From Anolis carolinensis (Eukaryota), in assembly GCF_035594765.1 (NCBI RefSeq), contig NC_085847.1:5828001-5892000 (forward strand): a stretch of 64,000 nt of DNA, in the 5' to 3' direction. The first letter of the stretch is position 1; each line of letters opens with the position of its first letter. The notes below the pieces were generated by a model. That model saw nothing but the letters and a program-made list of their open reading frames with translations, had not been told where the DNA came from and searched no databases. Positions 1-10,786 of the stretch are shown here, piece by piece. Made by a program: the position numbers and the translations under genes.

Positions 1-3
1 TTA

Positions 4-222
4 GTCATCAGGGTTCTGTGTGCCATGTTTGATCCCGATCTGTCATTGCTGAGGCTCAGAGTGCCATCTGGATGCAAGGGGAACTACAACTCCCATGCAG
101 GTGGACCAAGGTCTCCAGTATGCTTTGGTGGTCATCAGGGTTCTGTGTGGCAAGTTTGATCCAGATCTGTCATTAGTGGGATTCAGAATGCTCTCTGGAT
201 GCAGGGGGAACTATAACTCCCA
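4..222. repeat. Two ~127-bp tandem units, followed by three TGTTTGGTGGCC units with (GAT)n/(AAT)n up to about 640
   Basis: GTCATCAGGGTTCTGTGTG at 4 and 131; TGTTTGGTGGCC at about 295, 460 and 616. Confidence 0.75.
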
Positions 223-783
223 CCGAGAAATAACAATAGAAATGACTATATTATAGAAATGAAGCAAATACTAATGCTCCCACCCTCTCTCCCTGTTTGG
301 TGGCCAAAAGCAAGGTGACTTTGGGAGATAGAAGTAAAGTTAATCATCATCATAATAAAGATAATAAACATAAAGCTAATAAAGATAATATATTGATGTT
401 AATAAAATAATAATAATATAAAGATGATGATGATGATGATGATAATAATACTTCATCTCTGTTTGGTGGCCCAAGACAAGGGAACTTTGTGGGATAGAAA
501 CAAAGTGAATAATGATGATGATGATGATGATGATGATGATAATAATAAAGATAATGTTAATATATTGATAATAATAATAATATGATGATGATGATGACGA
601 TAAATATTTCCTCCATGTTTGGTGGCCCAAGGCAAGGAGACTTGTACCCACGTTCACCTTGGCCTTTGTTGACATCGGGAAGGAGCTTCTATTACCAAAA
701 CGCGGCTAAATATAACTCACTCGTAGCCTGAAATAGAATATTATGTAAGAGTTTTGATATAGTATAAAATACAATAATATATA

Positions 784-1106
784 CAGTAGAGTCTCACTTA
801 TCCAAGCCTCGCCTATCCAGGTTTCTGGATTATCCAAGCCATTTTTGTAGTCAATGTTTTCAATATATCGTGATATTTTGGTGCTAAATTTGTAAATACA
901 GTAATTACTACGTAGCATTACTGCGTATTGAACTACTTTTTCTGTCGAATGTGTTGTCTAACATGATGTTTTGGTGCTTAATTTGTGAAATCATAACCTA
1001 ATTTGATGTTTAATGGGCTTTTCCTTAATCCCTCCTTATTATCCAAGATATTCACTTATCCAAGCTTCTGCCGGCCCGTTTAGCTTGGATAAGTGAGACT
1101 CGACTG
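784..1106. mobile_element. Tc1/mariner (Tigger/pogo-like) MITE
   Basis: TA-flanked TIRs CAGTAGAGTCTCACTTATCCAA ... TTGGATAAGTGAGACTCGACTG. The family recurs across the window. Confidence 0.85.
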
Positions 1107-1319
1107 TAATATGAAATGATAATGTAATAGTACAGTAGAATATAAGAAGATGCTGGCCAAGGCTAGGATGGTAGTGGCCCAAGGCTTTGGGGTCAAACCA
1201 GGGGAGGAAAATGCGTGACCTCGGTTGCCGTGTGACCTTTGGTGACCCTGGCCTGGGGCTGAGAGAGTGTGGCCCTTTGGGGATCCAGGCCCTCAAGGAT
1301 TGGGCATCTCTCCTTCTAG

Positions 1320-2252
1320 GTTATGCCAACGAGGTCGGGGAGTCCTTCCGGGCCATCGTCCCGGTCTCTTTGGTCTGGGCCAGTTATGGGGTGGCCACGG
1401 CGTACGTCACCGCGGATGCCGTCGACAAGGGCAAGAAGGCCGCCGCCCTCCAGGTAGGTGCCTTGACCCCACACGAGGCCCATTGCTTGGGTTCCGATGA
1501 CCCAAGGGTTCCCTGGACTCTGACGCCGCGTCCTTCCTCCTCCCGCAGGCCCAGCAGGGGGGCGGTGTGGCCAAGGAGGCCACGCTGGCGGTGGTGGACA
1601 CCTTCATCTGGCAGGCGCTGGCCTCGGTCATCATCCCCGGCTTCACCATCAACCGCATCTGCGCCGCCTCCCTCTACCTCTTGGCCTCGCGGACCCGGTG
1701 GCCCCTGCCCGTCCGCAAGTGGGCCACCACCGCCCTGGGCCTCTCCGCCATCCCCTTCATCATCAAGCCCATCGACCGGTAGGTTGCCCCTCCTCGGGGA
1801 TGATGGGACATTGGGCGGCAAGCAGAACCATCGATCCAATTCCAGCCATTTCCCCTTTTCACGAGGAATCTAGGGCAGCCATAAATCCATGTTCCCGGGT
1901 CCCATTGATCGCTCGCCTGCATCAGGACTTATCGATTGACTTTGCCCTGAAGCCGAGCATATAGCAGCTCACAAGCGCCACCTAGTGGCTTGGTTGTTAC
2001 AGCAGCTCCTTGTGACCCACTGGCACCACCTTGTCATCAGTGGCCTTAATATAAAATGAAATTAAAGAGAATTAAAGAGAATTAAATTAAATATAGAATT
2101 AAATTTCATATTTTAAAACCTTGTTATTCTTATGGGGAGTTTAGTACAGAGACGTTTTCCTTTTCTCATCCCGTAGGTCGGTGGATTTCTTGATGGACTC
2201 CAGCCTCCGGAAACTCTACAAAAGGGACGAGAAGCCCCCAACCTCCTTCTAA
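1320..2252 (+). CDS. MTFP1: Mitochondrial fission process 1 (MTP18), exons 2-4; exon 1 not found in the window (probably upstream)
   Basis: Exons 1320-1453, 1549-1778 and 2177-2252, all GT-AG and in phase. They translate GYANEVGESFRAIVPVSLVWASYGVATAYVTADAVDKGKK...VVDTFIWQALASVIIPGFTINRICAASL...KPIDRSVDFLMDSSLRKLY..., which closely matches MTFP1. AATAAA at 2389. Confidence 0.96.
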
Positions 2253-3282
2253 GGATGGCCGGGAGCCCACGGACTGTCTGCCTTCCCCAGGGCATTACCG
2301 TATGATTGTATTTTGGGGCGGGGGGTGAGGGTCTGGCCCTCGCCCCTTGTCTTTGGCAGGGAAGAGAACAATGTGAAATTCAACGTGCAATAAAGGAAAA
2401 CAACCACTTTCCACGGGGCCAGGACAATCTTCCTTCAGGTGGAAACAATGCCATCGGCCTCCGCTTGGGTCCGGAAACCCAAAAGGGAGGCAGAACTGGC
2501 TCTTAGTCTCAACATAAACACTTTGGTTTTATTTCTAAACTGGTTTTCGAAATAAAATAGTGTATATATGTTTATCCTTGCCTGTCTTTCTCCTTTCTCC
2601 AGCTCTGGGAATGTCTGCGTCACCACAACAGGCCAATCTGCTTGCTCATTTTCCTTCCCTCCTTGGCGGAGAAGGGAGAAAGCAGAGGGGCAGCAGTCCT
2701 GTGGAGATATTCCGAGGGAGGCCCTCTCAAAGCTGGGGAAGGGGGAATGTACGCCCTCTCAGAGGTGAAAGGAACAGGCCTTTTCAGAGCTGGAGGAGGG
2801 AGAAAGAAAGTGGGTAGGCACCAGACCCATAGAAACATTGTGTAATGGAGAAAAGAGAAAGTGGGCTCAGAACTGGAGAGGGGAGAAAGTAGACCCTCTT
2901 AGAGCTGGAGAACGTAAGCAGGCAGGGGTCCCAGAAACACATGATGTGGGCCCTCTCAGAGCTGGAGATGGGAGAAAGTAGGCCCCTGGGAGCTGGAGAA
3001 AGGAGAAAGTAGGTAGGCAGTGGCCCCAATGACATATGGCAACGCTGCGTAGATACACTGGTATCGATAGATAGGGAGACCCGGGACTGTGCTAGAATGG
3101 GAGGGGGTTCTCAAGAGCATCCAGTCTGACCCCTTTCGATAGGCAAAGCATGGGTTGGTCAAAGAGGACCCAGAGGCGGAGACATTTGGGAAATGGCCGT
3201 GGGCCTTTTTATTGACACTTCTGGGATGCAGTCCTCCTCCTCCTCAGGTGTCCTTTTTGGGGCTGTTGTTCTGGAGCTTGCA

Positions 3283-5512
3283 CTAGTTGAGGGGGGACTC
3301 CTGCTCGATCTCCTCTCTGATGGCCAGGGCCCCGGCCAGCGTCTGCAGCTCCATGTGCTCGGCCCGGTCCCCACTCAGCAGCCAGTATTTCCTGCTGTGG
3401 CGCAGGTGGTGGAAGAGGGCCAGGCCCAGGGCCACGAGGGTGCCCAGCACGCAGCTGCCCACAAAGACCGCGCTCACCACCAGCAGCTTCTTCACCGTCT
3501 GGCCGTGCCCTGGGGGGGGGAGGGGGGGCACACAGAGGCAGCAAAAGCTATCAGCACACGCCAGCGCTTGCACCATGTCATCCCCCTCCTCCTCCAATGA
3601 GGAGGAGCCCCACTGGTGTCCAAGGGGGAGGACAGGCCACCTACCTTCCAACCAGGGCAGCCCTTCCTTCCTTAGGCGCAGAGGACCCAGGGCCACCCAG
3701 TGGAGCTGCCCTTTGCCCACAAAGCCTGCAAGGAAAGAGAGCAAGAGGGCGGTTGGGGGGGCTGGCGGAGGGCGGTTGGGGGGGCTGGCGGAGGGCGCCA
3801 GGCCTTCCCGGGAGGGTTGGGCTGAGCAGGAGGAGGCCAAGGCCGAGGCACCTTGGGGATGGTCAAGGGGACCGGGCTCCGAGGGGCAGACGCCATGGCA
3901 GCAGAGGCAGACCGAGGGACGAGAGGGCTCATCCACGTTCTTCCATCTAGGAGAGAAGAGCGTTTGGTAAGACAGAGCTGGGGAAGGGAGGAAGGAGGCC
4001 TCCTTCTCAAGGCTGGAGAAGGGAGAGAGAAAGCAGAACTCACAGGGCTGAGGTGACGTTGTAGGAGCAGGTCTTCTTCCCAGGACTGGCTGGGCTCTTC
4101 TGACTCCAGGCCGCAAGTAAACAATGAACATGGATCTGGCGGAAGAAACCCCAACACACACCACTTTGGCATCTCGGCTTAGCAAAACGAGGGGTGTCTG
4201 GGGAGCTGCGGCCCATTGGGAGGGACACCTGCCCGCCTCGTGCCTACCTCGGGGGTTTTGTCATCCAGCCAGAAAGCGCGGGTCTGCATGGTCAGCACCA
4301 CGGCCGGGTCCTCTTGACGGAACCAGGCCGCCTTCAAGTTGCCGGGGTAGAGGCACCTGCGGGGCAAAACCAGGGGTCACTTCACCCCAGAAATGGTTCC
4401 AAAGTGGAAAGGACATCCATCCGAGCAGCAGAAAGGAGTCCCAATGGGAAGGACATCCTCCAGGAGAGTCCAGTTTTGTCCAAAGGATGAATGGATAACC
4501 TTGGGATTGGTCAGACGTATACTGATAGATACCAACTAGACTGTTGGGACTGCTGCCTTCCCCCTTCCCCAGCTCTGAGGAGGCCTCCTTTCTCCTGCTA
4601 CAAGAAGACTTCCTGCTTTTTCCCTTCTCTAGCTCTGAGAAAGGCCTACTTTCTCCTTTCCATAGCTCTGAGGTCCACTTTCTCCCTTCTCCAGCTCCAA
4701 GATATCTATGAATGTCCCCTTTCTCCAGCTCGGAGGCCTGCTTTCTCCCTGCCCCAGCTCTGAGGGTGGCCTCCCAGTGCCGCCCAGCTCACCCATGGTT
4801 GTCCACAATGAAGAAGAGTGCCCGGGACTGGCTCTGTTGTGGGTTGTCCAGCACGTAGCATCTGTCTATGAACAGTTTCGGGAAGAACCCGGCTTCTGCC
4901 TGGAGGGAGGCCTGGATCCGGATGGCTTCGCCTTGGAGGTAAGCGCCGGGTTCCACCGAGACACTGAGGTCCTCTGCGGGAATAATCATAATAATAATAA
5001 TAACAACAACAACAACAAGTACCACCTCCCAGCAGCAAAGAACTGGTGAGATCACAAACCTGCAAAACTATTGGAAAATGAGCACACAAAGATACTGTGG
5101 GAACTGACAAAGTTATGGAACACAACACACCAGACATCACAGTGGTGGAAAAGAAAAAGGTTTGGATCATTGATGTCGCCATCCCAGGTGACAGTCGCAT
5201 TGACGAAAAACAACAGGAAAAACTCAGCCGCTCTCAGGACCTCAAGACTGAACTTCAAAGACTCTGGCAGAAACCAGTGCAGGTGGTCCCGGTGGTGATG
5301 AGCACACTGGGTGCTGTGCCAAAAGATCTTAGCCGGCATTTGGAAACAATAGACATTGACAAAATTATGATCTGCCAACTGCAAAAGGCCACCCTGCTGG
5401 GATCTGCGTGCATATCCGAAAATACATCACACAGTCCTAGACACTTGGGAAGTGTTCGACTTGTGATTTTGTGATACGAAATCCAGCATGTCTATCTTGT
5501 TTGCTGTCATAC

Positions 5513-5573
<61 letters not shown>

Positions 5574-5658
5574 CACACAGTCCTAGACACTTGGAAAGTG
5601 TTCGACTTGTGATTTTGTGATACGAAATCCAGCATATCTATCTTGTTTGCTGTCATAC

Positions 5659-5696
<38 letters not shown>

Positions 5697-5783
5697 ATCA
5701 CACAGTCCTAGACACTTGGGAAGTGTTCGACTTGTGATTTTGTGATACGAAATCCAGCATGTCTATCTTGTTTGCTGTCATAC

Positions 5784-5841
<58 letters not shown>

Positions 5842-5928
5842 CACACAGTCCTAGACACTTGGAAAGTGTTCGACTTGTGATTTTGTGATACGAAATCCAG
5901 CATATCTATCTTGTTTGCTGTGTCATAC

Positions 5929-5966
<38 letters not shown>

Positions 5967-7162
5967 ATCACACAGTCCTAGACACTTGGAAAGTGTTCGA
6001 CTTGTGATTTTGTGATACGAAATCCAGCATATCTATCTTGTTTGCTGTGTCATACAATAAAATAATAATAATATTAAATTGATTTGTATCCCGCCCAATC
6101 TCCCAGTGAGCAAACCTTCAATGCCTAGATAGAATGAAAACCAGAAAGGAGAGAGTTGGGTGTCATCTGCATATCTGAGATACCGAACTCCAAGACTCCG
6201 GGTGCGAGGTCTGCATGAAGCCCAAGAGACTCACCGTTGAGGAGCTGGAGAGAGAAGTTCAGCTCCGGCCCCATTTTGACGCGGGTAGCACAGACATGGG
6301 CCTGGGTTGGAGATGGTGTCGTCGTCGTCGCCGCTGCCACCGCCGGGGCCTTGGGTGCCGCCACTTGGGTGGCATTGGCAGAACCGCTCCACACCAGATG
6401 TATGGCCGCTGGTGAACAGAGGGAGAACAGAGGGGTCACAATGGAAATCTTGAACAGGACAGGTCCCCAGAAAGCGGGGAAGGAGCCCATCTCACCGTGA
6501 AACATCTTTCTGAAGAAGCCCGTCTTCCCCTTGGCAACATCCACGGGGAGAGTCAAGGAATCATCTTCAGCCAAAACTTGGGCAACTGGAAAGACACAAC
6601 AGGGATTGGCATGGCTGGGAAAGGCTTTGGCCCATGGGTCAGACTAGAGGGCCTTTGGGGGTCCCTTCCAACTTCTAAACAGTTCTCTGGGGCAGCCCTT
6701 AGATACCCACTTGGCACCACTCTTATTATTATTATTATTAATAATAATAATTATTATTAAATATAAAATATAAATAAATATAATCATACTATAATTATAT
6801 CATATAATGTAATACAATATATATTTACACTTTTCTTGGCACCATTCTTATTATTAGAAGGAGTAAATATAACAATATCAATAAATATAATCATACTATA
6901 ATTATATCATATAATGTAATTCAATATATATTTACACTTTTCTTGGCACCATTCTTATTATTAGGAAAAGTAAATATAACAATATCAATAAATATAATCA
7001 TACTATAATTATATCATATAATGTAATTCAATATGTATTTACAGTTTTCTTGGCACCATTATTATTATTAGGAGGAGTAAATATAACAATATCAATAAAT
7101 ATAGTCATACTATAATTATATCATATAATACAATATATATGTATTTACACTTTTCTTGGCAC

Positions 7163-7200
<38 letters not shown>

Positions 7201-7312
7201 GGAAAAGTAAATATAACAATATCAATAAATATAATCATACTATAATTATATCATATAATATAATACAATACATATATTTACAGTTTTCTTGGCACCATTA
7301 TTATTATCATCA

Positions 7313-7351
<39 letters not shown>

Positions 7352-7385
7352 GGAGGGTAAATATAACAATATCAATAAATATAAT

Positions 7386-7445
<60 letters not shown>

Positions 7446-8061
7446 ATCTCAGTGGCAACCCTTAAGATACCAATTTGGTACCCTTGTTATTGGTAGTAGT
7501 AGTAACAGTAGCAAATATAACAATATAACTAAACATAACCATACTATAATACTCTAATGCAATAATAATACAGTATATAATTATATAATATATAATATTA
7601 GATAGCCACTTTCCATTATAATTAATTATTATTATTATTATTTACAATAACAATGTAATAATATGATACTATATCAGTATATAATATACTATACACACAC
7701 ACACACAATTCTCTGTGACACCCCTTGGCATTATTATTATTATTAGTAGTAGTATTCAATATTAGAGAATAATAATATAAAACAATATCATGTACCACTT
7801 AAAATCTATTCATCTTGTATTTAATTCTATCTATGCTACTTTTCTCTTAAAAGAAATACAATTCAAAAAGCAGTCCAAGACAACATGAAAGCTGCCTTAA
7901 AATGAATTCCATTGTGGACCCCAAGAAAGTCCTCAATGGAAGGGCTTTGGTCCAACGTCAAGTGGTGGGGAGTTCCACAGCGTTCGAAAGGCAGATACAA
8001 AGGCAGACTTACGCAGGACGAAGGCCCAAAGGGCCACGAGGTCTCTCCGGCCACAAGCCAT
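3283..8061 (-). CDS. ZP3-like gene B: signal peptide + Ala/Thr linker + stand-alone ZP-C domain + TM helix (about 365 aa, 9 exons)
   Basis: Exons 8061-8013, 6585-6496, 6408-6235, 4973-4793, 4356-4248, 4135-4044, 3946-3852, 3725-3645 and 3509-3283. All are GT-AG and sum to 1098 nt with no internal stop. Signal peptide MACGRRDLVALWAFVLLAQVLA. ZP-C motifs LNFSLQLLNED, KLFIDRCY, FIVDNHGC, IHVHC, KTCSY and ZP3-type CLCCHGVC. EHP-like VALGPLRL. TM LLVVSAVFVGSCVLGTLVALGLALF. AATAAA (- strand) at 3213-3208. Confidence 0.88.
5018..6072 (+). mobile_element. R4/Dong-type 3' fragment followed by four more tandem copies of its 3'-terminal ~90 bp, separated by (TAA)n
   Basis: 5018-5512 is near-identical to 9165-9660. 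The unit CACACAGTCCTAGACACTTGG...GCTGTCATAC recurs at about 5572, 5695, 5839 and 5964. Confidence 0.9.
6710..7445. repeat. AT-rich ~105-140-bp minisatellite (about 6 copies) ending in (TA)n(TG)n, intron 1 of ZP gene B
   Basis: Unit TTTTCTTGGCACCATT(ATT)n...AAATATAACAATATCAATAAATATAATCATACTATAATTATATC. Confidence 0.92.
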
Positions 8062-8242
8062 TCTAAAGGACTGAAGCCAAGGAGCCTTGGGTCCTCTTTA
8101 AGACACCTTCCCATCCAAGACAAATGGGAGGCACCTGGGCCCAGAGTGGGAGTCACTGGGAGGCAACAGGTGCAAAAGAAATGGTAGGAAATTGCCCTTG
8201 AAAATGTACCATGAATACTAATAGGGTCAATAATAATAATGA

Positions 8243-9662
8243 TATCAGCATGGAGTTTGGTTTGGACAAATGTTGGACAGTGGCATTGAAGAAGGGAAAA
8301 ATCATTGAAAGTGAGGGCATCAATATGCCCAATGGCCAAACAATAAAGTGTCACCAGCCAGAGGCCTATAAATATCTGGGCATATTACAACATCAAGCAT
8401 GAACATGTGAAAACCGTGGTCAGCAAAGAATACACACAAAGGGTCAGAAAAATTCTCAAAAGCAAGCTCAATGGAGGCAACACCATCAAGGCCATAAACA
8501 CCTGGGCCATACCTGTCATAAGATATACTGCTGGCATCATAAACTGGACACAGGCGGAACTGGACAATTTGGACAGAAAAACAAGAAAACTCATGACCAT
8601 TCATCATTCCCTGCACCCCCGCAGTGATGTTGACCGGCTATATCTGCCTCGAAGATCAGGGGGCAGAGGACTCTTACAAGTAAAGCAAGCAGTCAAAGAA
8701 GAAGAACATGCCCTGGCAGAAGATGTCAAGCAAAGTGAAGAACCTGCTTTGATTGAAGTCAAAAATCAGAAACTCCTCAAAGCACAGCAGACAAAAAACC
8801 AGTACAAGAAAACCGCACTGCAAACTAGAGCTGACAGCTGGCACAAGAAAACATTGCATGGAAAGTTCCTTGACAAAATGGAAGGAAAAGCTGATAAGGA
8901 GAAGACCTGGTTATGGCTCACAAATGGGACCCTGAAGAAGGAGACAGAAGGCCTGATCCTTGCAGCCCAGGAGCAAGCCATCAGAACAAAGGCAATTCAG
9001 GCCAAGATTGAAAAATCAGCTGATGACCCAAAATGCAGACTGTGCAAGGAAACCGACGAAACCATGGATCATATCCTCAGCTGTTGTAAGAAAATCGCAC
9101 AGACAGACTACAAACAGAGGCACAACTATGTGGCCCAAATGATCCATTGGAACTTATGCCTCAAGTCCCACCTCCCAGCAGCAAAGAACTGGTGGGATCA
9201 CAAACCTGCAAAAGTATTGGAAAATGAGCACGCAAAGATACTGTGGGACTTCCGAATCCAGACTGACAAAGTTCTGGAACACAACACACCAGACATCACA
9301 GTTGTGGAAAAGAAAAAGGTTTGGATCATTGAAGTCGCCATCCCAGGTGACAGTCACATTGACGAAAAACAAGAGGAAAAACTCAGCCGCTCTCAGGACC
9401 TCAAGATTGAACTTCAAAGACTCTGGCAGAAACCAGTGCAGGTGATGGGCACACTGGGTGCCGTGCCAAAAGATCTCAGCCGGCATTTGGAAACAATAGA
9501 CATTGACAAAATTACGATCTGCCAACTGTAAAAGGCCACCCTGCTGGGATCTGCGTGCATCATCCGAAAATACATCCCACAGTCCTAGACACTTGGGAAG
9601 TGTTTGACTTGTGATTTTGTGATATGAAATCCAGCATGTCTATCTTGTTTGCTGTGTCATAA
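8243..9662 (+). mobile_element. 5'-truncated R4/Dong(Rex6)-type non-LTR retrotransposon, inactive
   Basis: RT C-terminus (YKYLG, GGRGL), CCHC knuckle (CRLCKETDETMDHILSCC) and REL endonuclease (RHN, PDITVV...IIEVAIP). Premature TAA at 9529-9531. TAA-rich flanks. Confidence 0.88.
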
Positions 9663-10786
9663 AATAAAATAATAATGAAATAATAATGAAATAATAAATA
9701 ATCAAATAAGATGACTACTCATACCCAAATAATAACTAACAAGGAAGTAACAACCATCCAAGAAGGCTGCTACTAATAATCAAATAATAACAACAACTAG
9801 CAATGAAATAGTAAATAATCAAAGAAGATTGCTACTAATAGATAAACATAATCAAACAATAATAACAAAAAATTAAAGAATAATGTATCGTCAAATAAGA
9901 CTGGTACTGCCATTACTATTATGTACTCCTACTAATGGATAATCAAATAGTAATAATAATAACATAAATATGGCTACTATTACTAACACTGCTAGTGATA
10001 AAGTTTCCAAACAATGCATATGGAAATCAATTCATTCACATATATGTGTGTGTTATATCTAGTTGTTAATAAATAAATAATAAATAAAAATAAATGTGAG
10101 ACTCCATAACCTTGTAATGTACTTAGAGAAGGAAGTCATGGAACTCTGGGATTTGTAGTTTGAGGAGATGCTGGCCCTAGCTCACCAAACTGCAAATCCC
10201 ATGAGTGTAAATGGCCTCAGAACGTTATCCCTGGGGCAACATAAAGGCCGTTGGAATAATTTTAAAAAATATTTCCTGGCCCCCTTGTGGGATATATAGT
10301 TCTGCAAGGGACTTAGACCTGGATGTTTAGGGGCTTTCCAGTTTCAAGAACCTTTGGGGGAGATTCCATCCCAGAGATGTCCCTTGAAAACCCTTCCGAC
10401 AGAGAGAGGCTTTGTAGGGCCAGCTAAACTACAAATCCCAGGGTTTGATGAGCATTGATATGAGTCATAAGTGTATGTATCATAAGGCTTTGGGAATGTT
10501 ATTAATCATAGTATTGCTATTTATACCCAGCTTTCCTCTCTTCAACAAGGCTCAACTGTGGAGTACAACTCCCAGAACCCCCGTTTCGAGCCAATCCACG
10601 GACAATGAAGTCACATACACAAACAGTCATGTTTCAGGGCTTTATTATGAGGATTTTGGGGGACATTCCCCTTGGCTTGGATAGTCCGTGGCCGTTGCTT
10701 CTCCAGTTGCCCAGGCCTTGTTTTGTAGAAGCAGGAGCCCAATAAGAGGAGGGGTGAAGTGGCCATTTCCCCGACGGACGGCGGCA

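Noticed and set aside
8407-9531. Active retrotransposon or domesticated host gene
   Set aside because: 5'-truncated within the RT, with small deletions and a premature stop.
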